From Ptychomitrium polyphyllum (lineage: Eukaryota), in assembly GCA_973851085.1 (NCBI GenBank), contig OZ316775.1:21948001-22012000 (forward strand): a stretch of 64,000 bases of DNA, read 5' to 3'. Of this stretch, positions 1 through 12,985 are shown piece by piece (within the stretch, counting starts at the first letter, position 1; every line of letters begins with the position of its first letter). The notes beneath the pieces were generated by a model. It had not been told where the DNA came from. It made no database searches and saw only the letters and a list, made by a program, of their open reading frames with translations. The position numbers and the translations under genes are program-made.

Positions 1-2300
1 CAGATCAGTCAAAAGCTCGAACTTCAACAGCATACAACTGTATAAACACCTCACGTGGGGTGTCGTAACAGAGTAACTATTCTAAGACATACTGTCGATT
101 ACAAAAATGTTTTCAAGCTATCTCATAACAAGAACAGAGTAGGTCATTTCACTGCAAAAAACAGTTTACCCGTGCTACTACTAACTTCCGTGATAGGCAA
201 GGCACCTCTGCTTGTGGCTCTAAATTCAACAAGCTTAAGAAGCAGCTCTAACGAAGATGCAAGAAGCCCTTAATAAGCCGCTTAATCTGTATACAAATCG
301 TGCGAACGACTCTTTCCTAAAAGTGGTGCATAAGCTCACGACTAGTACTTCGAAGTTGCAATAAGAAGCCCCCCGGACACTAGATGGAACCGAAGACAGA
401 AAACGGCCAGAAGCCTGACGAAAAGGCCAGCACAAACAAACAACCTCAAGTTCCTCAAGCCAAGCACCTTCAGAATAGTGATTCTGGCACACTGGATCTT
501 AAGAAAACAAGGAGCTGCAGGATCTGGACAACTTATCATATGTAAGAAATTCCCATGTTCAAGCTCATGCGTAATGTAATGCAGACAAACTACGTCCAGA
601 AAGATGACTGCTGTCGCTACCAGAAGAAAACGTGAAAGATCGAATAACAGGGCCCCGCAATTCAAACATGATCGTAAAGCAGATGGAACTGCGAATCAAG
701 GCTCGCATGACGCGATCAGAACTAGATCTAGAATGAAAGGACCGTTCATTAATTCAAACGAAAGCCAAATAAGGAACTTAATGCTGCAGTTCAGAAGGCA
801 CGAAATTAAAGTTAAGGTAAGGTTCTAAAGCCATGCGGTGCCCAACGCACCAGAACCGGAACTGCAATTAGATTCGTCAACAGGAGGCTCTACACGAATA
901 GGCGTCGACAGAGGCATGGTTTCAGCGGGTGCCTTTTCTTTGTTCAATGAAGGAGAGAACTGAGAATTGTTCATGAATAGATCGCGGGGATGCATTGCAC
1001 TTCCTAATTAGTCAAGATGAGAACACACACCAGATTCACATCTGGTCTTGAGTTGTTCCGCGGGCGCCATAAGTGGCGTTGCCTCCGCTGCGAATTATTG
1101 CCTTCCAGTTGTGAAGCCTCAAAGGAGCGCCGAGGGTGACTCAAGGCAATACAGGCACACATGCAGAGAGTGCTTGAAGTCCCCGTAAATTCACGTTTAG
1201 ATCGCGTTCCACAAAGCCTCGCCACGGCTCCTTCCTCCTCCTCTCCTCTCTCCCTCCTTCCTCTCACCACCACAACAAAACTCTCCACCTCCCTCTCCAG
1301 CGCGGCCAACAGAAAACTTCAACTCTCTTGGCTACTCACCAAATCTCCAACCTCCAAATGTTCAACTCCCGCCACTACTCCAACCAAAAAAACCGTATCC
1401 CCTCGCCAATCTCGATTAGGGTTTAATTACCACCGCAAGCACTCTCTTTAATCACAGCAACCACCGCGATCACCTCACACGCCGCAGATCGCCAGCTCCG
1501 CAGCTCCGCAACCTCCTCCACGCGAAATCACGCCACCAGAACGACGACGCACGCTTTCCAAGACCCTAGCGCAACCGATCCGCCGGCAAATCGGACGGCT
1601 GGAAGACGAATTCCAATCAAATCGGGGACGGCGGAGCCAGTAGGAGCAGTGTCGGAGCACGAGGAGTGACCGGGCGGGTGCTACGATGAGCATCCGGCAG
1701 GGCACAAGAGCGAGGACGCCGAGAGCGGACGGCTATGGCGTTTCGAGCTTCGGGGCCAAATGAGGGCAGCGACAAAGGATGTGGCGACAAAGCCGTAGCC
1801 CTGCGCGACCGCTCTAGAGTTTCCTAGCCCATCCTCCCGGCACCCGCCCGCCCGCGTCCGTAGCCCGCTATGGTCCACAAGCCGGGGGTGTGCGTTGCGA
1901 ATCGCGGGGTCGCTCAACCGGTTCCGATATTCGCGGGAGGGTCCGGTCGCGTCCCGTCACTCAGCGGGCGCCACTTGGGCGCGCCACCCTGGACAATTCG
2001 AGGCCGCGGGCCAAACGGGGGCTCGCAGCCCTAAATTGCCCCAGAAATAACTTGGAGCCTGCCAATTATTTGCAACTGAAGTAATTTTCCCTCATTCTGA
2101 CTCGTTTATTTGTGGAGGTGTTGGGCCCCCTTCCGTTTTGGTGTGCATGCTGCGGTTTCAACGAGATCCCAAGTCCCACCCCTTGGGTCGCCCTTTTGCC
2201 GTTTTTACCACTCGGCTGGTAGGGTGGCTTATGCCGTCCAGCTCCTGGGGCAAAATGGCTGCCATTGCACCCGGCGAGCTCAAATTTCTTTAAGCACTTT
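1..2300 (-). other. GC-rich island, probably promoter/5'UTR/first exon(s) of an unidentified minus-strand host gene continuing beyond the left edge
   Basis: CpG-rich and non-decayed compared with the AT-rich flank. GA-rich UTR-like tract (~1230-1300) and telo-box AAACCCTAA on the minus strand (1416-1424). Candidate short coding exon MHPRDLFMNNSQFSPSLNKEKAPAETMPLSTPIRVEPPVDESNCSSGS (~850-995) followed by a GTGCGT donor-like site. No protein family recognised. Confidence 0.35.
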
Positions 2301-4016
2301 TCTTTGACTTGCTAAAGGTTGGGATTCGTTTGTGACGGAATATAAATTTAAAATTTAAAATTTTAATTTGTTAATTGCTGAATAGAAAAACGTAAGGAAA
2401 TCATAAGTTTTATGAGCACAGAACGTATGTCAGTTTTATGTCTTTTGAAAACAGTAAATGGAGGGGGCTCTCAGCTTCATCACAAATCAATTGATTTAAA
2501 GCAGAAACGAGATTTCAAGAATTGATAAGTCAATTAAATCTATAAGTTCAGTGTTTCATTTGAGAGACCACGGATTTTAAAGGCAAATCACTTTTGTGGT
2601 GGAATAAATATATGTTAATTTTTTTTAGAAAGAATAAAATTCGATTATATTGTTTTGTATTCAAAAAATTGGTTGTAGTAAAGATAATTCATTAGTTGTC
2701 ATTGATGTGAGGAAGTTGAGGCCTCCCTGTAATATTCTATTACAATAATTTAGGAATAATTGTTTAATTTTAGATTGTTGGAGTATTCAAATATAAATAG
2801 TTATAATATAAATAATGACTTTCAATTTCTTAGAAGTTGGCATTAGCTAAGTATTTGTTGATTAGAAATATAGCATCAATACTTAAACAAGATTGAGTGT
2901 ATGCTTCTAAAATGTACAAAAATATATATGTATTTCTTTTCAAGAATCATATCATGAGCATTAGTAAAATTCAAATGTAATAAAGCAAAAGTTGTAGTAT
3001 ATAATATACTACACAGTGTAAAAACATTTAAATGGAGTTCAATTGTGCTTTGAGAGGTATAAGATTTCAAAGTGACTTATAATTAATACTTAAGTTTGTA
3101 TTAAATTATTGCTATTTTTATTTTTTTGTTTATAGCATTTTCACATTAAATATATGTGGTAACAAAATGAAGCATGTATTTTTATATGAAAATTCTTCAT
3201 GTACAAGATTGGCCAATTTTAATGAATGTAGGTGCTTTACAATGTTTAGTCAAATTTTATATTATCAAGTCCATGAAGAATAATTGATTGTATTTTTTAT
3301 GATTTTTTTTTTTTTTTCTAACAACTTGGAATGTGAGCATAAAAAATGCTTATAAAAAGAACATTGGCTTTACATAAATGTAGCAATTTTATTTTACATT
3401 TTAGAAATACTCGTACATAGGACATAAGTATTAAATATAATGTTTTCTTTCCTTAAAAGAGGTAGACATTCTACTTTATAATGCTAAAATCAACATATAT
3501 TTATGTAATATATGTAAACAAAACCAATTGATGTAAGAGTTGTTTTATTTTGGTATGTTCCCGTTTTAGTGAAGGCTGTAAATTTGTACTATGACATGTG
3601 TAAGGATAGTGTAAAAGATCTAAGTTAATTTAAAAAAAAGTGTAGTAAGTGTTGTAAATTTAAAAGTAAAAATTAGTAGAATCTACAATATTTGGTTCGT
3701 TTGGTGCACCATCCCAAAATTTGAAAGACAAAGTATTTACTCATGTGGTCTGCAAAGAAAGGGGAAAGCCTCATCTATCACCCATGAATGAGTGCAATAG
3801 GACAAAAGCACAAAGGACACACCCCTTGTGGAAAGAATTGTATGAAAGTCCTAGAAAGGAATGTTTTGAGTAGCCACTGATAATTTCATTGTTTCCTACT
3901 GGCATTGGAGCCCACCTTGGCACCTTGGACTTCTGGAACACACAACACACACATGTGGAGAGGAACATGGGGGCCGCTGGGGTCCTCTACAGTAACAAAA
4001 GTTACATCACCACTCT

Positions 4017-4257
4017 TGTAAACCTCAAATGGGACTCCTGTAAACCTCAAATGGGACTCCTGCAAACCTCAAATGGGACTCCTGTAAACCTCAAATGGGA
4101 CTCCTGTAAACCTCAAATGGGACTCCTGTAAACCTCAAATGGGACTCCTGCAAACCTCAAATGGGACTCCTGTAAACCTCAAATGGGACTCCTGTAAACC
4201 TCAAATGGGACTCCTGCAAACCTCAAATGGGACTCCTGCAAACCTCAAATGGGACTC
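4017..4257. repeat. 22-bp minisatellite, 11 head-to-tail copies of TG(T/C)AAACCTCAAATGGGACTCC
   Basis: Read directly. Only position 3 varies (T,T,C,T,T,T,C,T,T,C,C) and the last copy is truncated by 1 nt. No spacers. Confidence 0.97.
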
Positions 4258-4944
4258 TAAGAAAGGCACCCTGCTTCCCTACCATACCAAGTCATCATGG
4301 AAAAGCCTTGGCTTCTTAGAATTTATAGCATCTCAACAAAGTTGAAGTCAATAATCCTGCTCACTAGCCAACAACAAAATATTCACTACTGTACCAGGCC
4401 ATCTTCTTTGAATTGACAATATCTACCAAATCATAACTTGTTCACACCACAGTAATTGACTGTAGTCCTGCCTTGCCAATGTGTTATTGAGTTCCAACAG
4501 TTTGGAGAAGTAAACATGAGAAATGGCACTTAAACTTCACTAGTATCAATAAGACTATATTGTTTTGTCTTGTACTGTTTAAACTGTTGATACCAGACAA
4601 AGGAGGGGATATGGTATGATCTTGTGCACTGTACTAGGTGTCTTGGAGCAATTTTCAAATACCATGAAATCCTTCAAGCTTTTAGTAGGAGCTTTTCTTG
4701 TCCATCTATAGTAGCATAGACTGACAAGCAGGCAGTGCATCTAAGATCGTGTTAAGTTCAACAGCGTGAGTTAGAGGCCCTCCCAAGGGCTGACAAACCA
4801 GTTTCAGATGGAAGAATGGTTGCATATACTAGGAAAAATATGAATTATCACAAACTGATTCCATTTCAATCTTCCTAACCTATGCTGCACTTGAAGAGTC
4901 TTTCCGGCATATCCTTCCAAAGCATTAAATACAACGCCAAAACT

Positions 4945-5030
4945 AGGTTTGGCACATAGAGAACTTCATCAAATTTTTTATTTCTCCTCTTAAAATACAA
5001 ATACATTGTATGCCAAAATTCCTGTTGGCC
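4945..5030 (-). mobile_element. Small degenerate Ty1/Copia pol fragment (protease/post-protease region)
   Basis: Minus strand reads RGEIKNL(frameshift)DEVLYVPNL, resembling the Copia 'VLYVP.L' motif. Very short and isolated. Confidence 0.3.
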
Positions 5031-5973
5031 AAAAATTTCATAATAAACATATAAGGTTAAACACTCTACATTACCACAAGGAATGTGACTTTTGAAGAAT
5101 ATTGAATGAAATTAATGTTATTTATTAATAATAGATGCTAAGTTTCAAATCCACCACAACCAAAATGTTTTCTTGGATAAATATAGTTAGCTATGAATTT
5201 TTTTAAATATTGTTACAAGAAGCTTATGTATACCACATGTCTTTATTAAAAACTTAATGTAAATTCCACTTCTTATACATAATTACATTCCAGGGTTCCA
5301 TTTGCACCAACTTAACGTTTGCTTCAAGATGCCTTTTCAAGTAATTTTTATTTTGTTTACCTTTAATAGATATTAAGCTTGGAATTGATGGTTAACAAAC
5401 TTTCCATAGCTTGTGGTTACAAAAAATTCTAATATGATTACAATTGTATCTATTAAATTTGTAAGTGCATTATAATTTAGCTTCTAAATCAATGTAGAAG
5501 CTAAATTCAACAAGTTTTGTGTAAGTGACTAAAATCTCGAATATATTACTTAAATATTTTAAATTGACTTGTATTTTAAAGTAAGAAATTATGTTTTTCA
5601 AAGATGCATTTAAAATCTCTATGCCAAAAATCCTTCATATAGGATCCAATATATTAATATTAATGAAGCACATATGTCATTATCCATTGTCTTTTATCAT
5701 TTATTTCTTATGGTATACTAATTATTTTATTTACATGTTGAATGTCACTCATAAAACCATTGTTGATATATAAATCAAATCACATAAAGGCCTTAAAGTT
5801 ATTTTGCTTTCAAAAAAAATAACACCAAGTTGAAGCAAAATAGTTGGCATTAATTAGTTAATATATATAATTAAAGAAAAAAAAAAATTGGATTCAGAAT
5901 TAAAATCAAGGATATAATATTAATTAAATATATATCCATAATGGGCATGATATTAATGTTTAAAAAAATTTGT

Positions 5974-6300
5974 TATCACATGACGTGGCATCAAGTGCCG
6001 AGCCATGTCAAATGAATGTGGTATAATTGAATTTAAGAATTTTTTCATCCATTTAATACAAATTAGGGTTTGGAGGAAGTATTGAGTAGAGAAACTTCTT
6101 TGACTTGGCATTCTTTGCTTAATCAAACTTTATAAGTGTATTTTGAAAGACCTTATGTTTTAATTTTTTCTTGGAGATGGTAGTTTAATAATTTAGTAAA
6201 GCTTTGGGATTTGTCTACTTCTTGCACTCTTGGATTCATCCTTTGTAGAATAAAAGCTACAAAAATTTGTAGTATAGTGATTTTTTCTTTATTCACTTGG
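5974..6300 (+). repeat. Element X terminal repeat A1
   Basis: Starts TATCACATGACGTGGCATCAAG; aligns over its full length with 25324-25650 (~80% by eye). Confidence 0.9.
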
Positions 6301-9099
6301 CAAAGAATTTTGCTTGTAATTTCTAAATTATAAAATATTTTATTTCTTCCTTTTCACTTCCATCTTTAGAGTTATACAATTGAGATTTGAAGTTTTCTTG
6401 AAATTCCAATTAACTTGAAGTTTGTTAAATGAAGTGAAGGAAGCCTCAAATTTTGAGAAGATCCTTAAAAATTTGAATTACAGCTCGTCAGGCAACCAAC
6501 GATTGTCCGCGGCAAAGACAAACAACCACTGGTTGCTTGTTAATGATCATTATTTGTTTGAGGGAGTGAAGATTCCATTGCTGATAGAACCCTGCACTTT
6601 TGAAGAAAGATTTTTGTTTGTGGACAAGGTTTCATTTTGGAATTCCTACAAAGTTTATCCTTCATTAACTTTTTTATTTTTAAATTTGTTTTAGATTCAT
6701 TTTTCCTTCCTATTTCACATGTTTTGAATGTTTATGTCTTTAGAAGGTTTGTTAAAGCATAATAGAGAGGTTTTTGAATTGTGATAGTATATGTGGTATT
6801 TGTTTAGTTATTGAAGGATTTGCTATAGTACTTTAACATTATTTCCTTTTTTTTTTTGTGTCGCAAGACTTTACCACTTGTAGCTATCTACTATAGGCGA
6901 GTGCTAGTAGCTGTAGTCCATTTAAAAATTTTACAATTCGTTCTTTGAAAAAGAGGATCCAATTTTTGGATTTTTGAATTTTGTACTTGGTATTTTTCTT
7001 TATTGCAAGCATTATTACCAAGGATTTCTGGTATTGCTTTATTTTATATTGTACGTAGTTTGTGTTTATAGTTGTACTATAGGGATGAAGTTAGGTTAAT
7101 GGCCAGCAAAATCTTTCTTTTTGCATCAAGTAGGTGGTGCTTGTATAAATTGTAGTGATTGGTAGGTGATGACTCATGACCTGCAAGTTTGGTGGTGATG
7201 GTAGGTGTAAGCCAAATAAACCTCCACTAGTAGAAGGAATATTAGTTCACACAATTCTACTTCTATATGCAATTATTACGTTGCGTTGTAGTCCACTTGA
7301 AAATTGCCTAATTGAACCAATTTTCTAATTGGATAAATTCCTCCATATTTAGCCTAACATTGATGTTGTAGCATTAATTACAATATAAGTCATTAGCATA
7401 TGGCTAACTATATTATTAAATTACATACTAAATATCTAGCCAAGGTCTTCCCAATCTCAACCTTCAAGTCACCACTTTAATCCGTTTCAATCCTAAAGGG
7501 CAGCAAACTACTGAGGCCGTCTCCATGGTCCAAAACTCTAGATCTTAGATTTTTTAAAAACTAGACTTCAATAGGCTTTAGTACAATCAATTCTTGTAGC
7601 AATTGGACTTGTGACCACCAAAATGTGCCTTGCCAAGTTTGGACTTATAAGACTGCCAAATTAAAGGACCTCCTTCACTTCAAACGGCCGCTATTTCTTC
7701 CATTCTTTTCCAAATTGAACTTTCTTTGACTTGTTGAAAAGTTTATAACCTCTTCTACTAATATTTTGAATTTTAGCTTTTTCAATTGCACCATGACGGA
7801 CTAACGGCTCAAAATCCGTGCCCTAAATGTTGCCCCTTTCTTGCTCCAACACTAACTTCCCTTATTAAATACTTAATCACTTCTTTGCTCATAATTAATT
7901 CCTATTTGCTAAAAACTAAATGTGTCAACTAAATCCAAAACCTATTTCCAAAATTTAACTTCAAACACCTAACTTCAAACCCTAATTTTAAGCCGTAATT
8001 TCAATGCTTATTTTTAAAACCTAACTCTCTTTGCTTTATCAACAAAACTTCTTTTGCTAAAACTAATGGTGTGCTAACAACTAAATTTTGCTTGAAAATT
8101 CACTTTGTTTGTTTCTTTACTTTTCTTTTTTTAGGAAACTTCACTACCCTACTCCATTTCCATTGGCTGCTGAAATTTTTAGACCACTTGACCCTAATCC
8201 ATATTTTGACCTTCTTCTAAATGTAGCTACTCTTCTAAATTTAGCCAATATTTTGAAATTAGCTAATATTCTAGATTTCTATCACTATTCTAAAATTTGA
8301 TTTTTCCATTATATTTAGCCCTGTTCTAATTTTAGCTAATATTCTAAATTATGCTATTTTTTAGAACTTTGATGGTTATTACAAATTTAGCAGTGTTCAA
8401 ATTTTGAATGGTTTTTAACTTTCAACATCCAAGTCTAAATTTTGCCATTGCTCTACTTTTAGCTATTATTCTAAATTTTACTTCTGTTCTTAAGCTTCAA
8501 CTGCTATTTTAATTTTAGCTATCATTCTTATGAGTAGTAATTCCTTATCTAATTACCTTCCTTCTTACTTATTACATTTTGGATACTTGTTTATCTTTCT
8601 GAAACTCTGTTTATTTATTGGATTTAATCATTATAGGCCATGAGCGTTTGCTAAATTATACTAAGATCTCCTTAAAGATCAACTACATCCCTAATTTGGC
8701 CCTTTGGCCCTACTTAGGCATAATTTCATTTACAAATATCAGTTTTAAACAATTTTTAAGAGGAAAAACCATAATGTACTAATTCCATAGCTGTTCCAAA
8801 CAAACTAATCACAAGACAAGGCATCAGGATTCCAGAATGTGGAACAAAATAAGTCCAAGTAAATTAGAGGTATAGAGCTACAACAATATACAAAAAATAA
8901 GGCCTGAAGGTCTGAGCTAGACCACAAGAGATGCGTTGTCGAGACTAAAGAGCTCTTCAGCCTTAACTCCTACATATACTCGAACTACAAGCCTTAAAAG
9001 TTTCTTGAGAAGCTTCATTGACATTGCTTTGTAATCAAGCAACTTTGAGTTGTTATTTGGCAAGTTTGATGTGTTTGAAGTATACAAAGGCAAATTGGT

Positions 9100-11060
9100 C
9101 CTTCAAGAATATATATGCGTTCTTCAAAGTAAAGAAGACTGTCTTCTAATTTGAATTTAGCACGTTCTTCAAGAGGTTGTTGCAACAACGCTTGATTTCA
9201 ATAATAAGAGGGTCCATTATAGATGCCACGTATACCTGGTCAAGGAACAATGAATCTACCGGAGTTGAAATGGTGGTTGTGCGTATACAAAACCGTTTAA
9301 GTTTCAACAAAATTGCTTGTTGTTGATCGTTTGCTGCCTCTTCCTTGCTTTAACTTAAAGTATGATTGCCTTGACAAAGCATCTAATAATCCTTGCTATT
9401 TTTTGGATTGATATGTGATACAAGTTTTCAGCTATTTTTTGGGTTGATATGGAGTATGTCTCTATCCCAATTTGTGAAAACTTTTTAAAATGGAATGCAA
9501 TTGGATAGAGTCTTCCTTCTTCCCCCGTTTGTAACAAAACTACTCCTAATGCAAAGTCGGAAGCATCTATCTCAAGATAAAATTACTTCCAAAAGTCCGG
9601 ATGGACCAGAATAGGAGTTGTGGTAAAAGTTCACTTCAAACTTTGGAATGCATCCTCAACATCGGATCTCCATTCAAGTTTTTCCATGCATGTTAGTCGC
9701 GTGAGTGGTATAACTATTCAGGAATAGTCCTTGATGAAGATCCTATAGAAGTTTGCAAATTTAAAAAAAACATTGGACATCATGTACCAATTTTGGCCTC
9801 GTCCAATTGCTAAATGCTTTGACTTTCTTTGGATCCATCAATAGTCTTTTTTTGGAGATGATATATCCAAGGAATTCCACTTGAGGTTTGTGGAACATAC
9901 ATTTCTCCAGCTTGGCATACAAATCGGCATCTTGTAATTTTTGTAGGACTAGGTGGATATGTGGTTTATGTTCTTCTAGATTCTTTGAATAGATCAAGAT
10001 ATCATCCAGATAGCATACAATAAAATCATTGAGGCACTCCCGAAATATGACATTCATCAAGTGTTGAAAAATGGCGGGTGCATTGGTAAGTTCAAAAGGC
10101 ATGACATTGTATTCAAAATGTCCATACAAAATGCCATCTTCCATTTGTCTCCTTCTTTGATGCATATTAAATTGTAGGCTCTTCGTAAGTCTATTTTGGT
10201 ATAGATCTTTGCTTTGTTAAGTTGATCAAAAAGTCTAGATATCAGCGGCAATGGATATTAGTTCTTCACCGTCAATTTGTTGAGGTCGTGGTAATTGATA
10301 TACAATTGTAAGGATCCATCTTTCTTCTTTATAAAAAGTATTGGAGCACCAACATGAGACTTTGAATGTTGTATGAAGTTCTTGGCTATATACTCCCTCA
10401 GTGATAAAAGCTCATTTTGGGATAACTAAAAATAGGTCCAAATGGTGGCTGGGCACCATCTTGGAAGTCTATGACACAGTCGTAAGGACAATGTTTTGGT
10501 AGGGTGTTAACATTATTTTTTTCCAAAATATCATTGAATTTCTTATATTTTTATGAAAATTATTGAAGATGAAGCCACAACTTTGGACATTGGAATTGCA
10601 TACACAACAAAAGAAGTACTAGTCTTTGTTGCCCTCATAAATGCTATAGCTCTAATAAAGAGAGGCTTTTTAGATCTATAAAATCCTTTAGCTTCTTCCA
10701 TAGGCTTAATAGTTACACACTCTAATGATGGAAATTCTATTTTGCGGGATGCCCAATCTACCTGCTGGTTATACTTTTCAAGCCAAGAAAGCCCTAGAAT
10801 GATGGAACTTGATAGAGACCTAATGACATTAAATATCACTTGATTACTATAATTGTTCAATGTTATTGTTAATGGATTGGTCTTATGAATAACATCTCTA
10901 GAAGATAGCAATCAACCATCTATGACTTCTACATGGACGCGTTTGGATATTCTACTGAAAAAGAACTATGAGTTTTCATAATTTCTTTGTCAATAAAGAA
11001 AATAGAGGCTTCTAAATCTATTAGAATAAGGCTTTTGAGGTTTTGAATACCTAAGCAAAC
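9100..11060 (-). pseudogene. Gypsy Z pol remnant (protease-RT-RNase H)
   Basis: ORF fragments 10929..11135, 10543..10911 (IILGLSWLEKYN), 10057..10251, 9761..10165 ([16 protein letters not shown]...YLDDILIYS) and 9355..9537; many stops and frameshifts. Confidence 0.9.
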
Positions 11061-11690
11061 AAGTTTAATAAAACAAGAAGAAGGATGGGTTGATAAGATA
11101 AGACCTTTGTTTTCTTGTGAAGGAAGCGGATCCAACCGTACGGTCCTTACTGTGGCTGGAGGTTCTGGTTTTCCTACAAAGTGTTCAGTATTGTGGTTGT
11201 ATCTCTCATTTGATATGTACGTAGAGGTTTGTCTGGGTAGTTATCAACTGTGTGGCCAAATTTTTTAGAGTAGAAACACAACCCTTGCTGCCTTCAGCAC
11301 TTTTTTTCAGGTTGAGTAAGGGGCTTGAAGCAAATCGCATCAATTTGCATGGCTTCCACTTCCAAATACTTATTAGACGTAGACAGGGCTGTAACTATTG
11401 AAAAGTTGGTAAAAGGCCTAGGCGTAATCAAAGTGTATTTATTTTGTGGACTTAAAAATAGACATTATCGCACTTCAAAGCTTGACTGATGGCTTCATCA
11501 AGTGTTTAGAGGTCTGACATGGATAGCAATAAATCCTTAATCTTGTTGTATACTCTCCAATGAAAATGACTGATCAGCGCTTCTTCTCTTCAATTGATGT
11601 CATATGCAAGTTGTCAAAATTTTGATGCATAAATTGATATAGAATGTGGTCTTTGGCGCAAGGCACAAATCTTAGTAGTTGCAAAACAAA

Positions 11691-12826
11691 TCTTGCAAAT
11701 CTCGTAATGCACCTTAACATACAACACGCATGCCAATTTTATACACCCCACATGCACATGGTTAAGCCCCATTATTATACTCAATGTTCCAGGCTTGATT
11801 TCCAATTCTTCCTATTCATTTATCTGAAGACATCCAATTGGTTGATAGCCAATGGTTAGGTGCAGATTTCCATTCATATCCAAGGCCCTATTTGGTGTTA
11901 CTTCCATTCCATTTGGTCTAACCGCACTTAGTGGTGTCTCCCTGCCACCATTCATGAGCTCTATATGATTCCAAGATCACCCCGGGCCACCACTATGCAA
12001 GCGTGAAGTCACCACCTCAACCTAGTGATAACAAACGCACTTTTTTGAACTCACAAGTTCCTTTTGTGAAATTGGCCACCAACTAGCTCATAATGGTGTG
12101 GAAGTTTCTGTGGTGAAGTTCCAACACTAGCTCTATTAATTGAAACTTACGTTTAGTTCCTATCGAGACACTATGGGAGTGAAAAGGATGACCAATCCTT
12201 ATCTATAGTACTTTCTCTGGGATTCGGCATGCCTTATGATCCTTTATAGCTGGTTGAATCCCGTTACACCCAAAACTTTAGAAGACCATGCGATCTCTTT
12301 TGGGACTTAATTGCTAGAAGCCTCCAAAACTTCTTGCGAACCTTCAAGGAGCCATTTCTTCTATTACCGGTGTCCAAATCTATCAAGCAATCATTCTATT
12401 GTCATCTACTCTTTGCGTAGATGCAGATAATGTTTTGGTAGATATGCCTCTTCTAAGGTTAGGGACGCTTGAGGAGTCCCTCCCTCCACTAACACACTCC
12501 AGTACAGTCACAGTTTAAGCCTTCCATAGTCCAGAATAGCCTTTGGATAGCCCCGACTTTGGAATGTCATACTTTTAGCTTTGTTGTAGGATTTGAGCGA
12601 TTCTTAGCATTCTAGAATCAACTTATTGTGAGGCATTTAATTCCTATAATTTCTTCCTCGAGGCTCTTAGTCTTAATGGACAAGGATGATTTTTCTCTTT
12701 GGGGTCTTCCCACGTTAGGCCCACTTGGGTCACTGTACTATCAAAGCCACAAGTCTCAAACATTATTCTGGAGTCACCCTTGTGTCCTTAAATTTGCGGG
12801 CACTCCTTGAAGAGAGATACGCAACA
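11691..12826. mobile_element. Solo LTR V1 (~1.14 kb) inserted in the gag of Gypsy Z
   Basis: Homologous end to end with 38454-39596; ends ...GCAACA; flanks ACAAA / ATAAA (5-bp TSD with one C>T); interrupts Z gag coding. Confidence 0.8.
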
Positions 12827-12985
12827 ATAAAGCTTGTCATGGTTTCCAAATGCTTTTGCAAATGCAATTAAGAATACATTAATGTTGCTAAGTATGGGGG
12901 AATTTTTCTCAAAAAGAAGTACAAAACCAGAATAATGTATGTCTTGAGAGCAACAAGTTCATCAAACCAACATGCAAAGCGTCCA

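Noticed and set aside
4017..4257. CRISPR array
   Set aside because: The repeats are head-to-tail with no unique spacers, no cas genes are present, and the context is eukaryotic.
4846..4860. 15-nt match TATCACAAACTGATT shared with ~57486-57500
   Set aside because: The match does not extend and is plausible by chance in AT-rich DNA.
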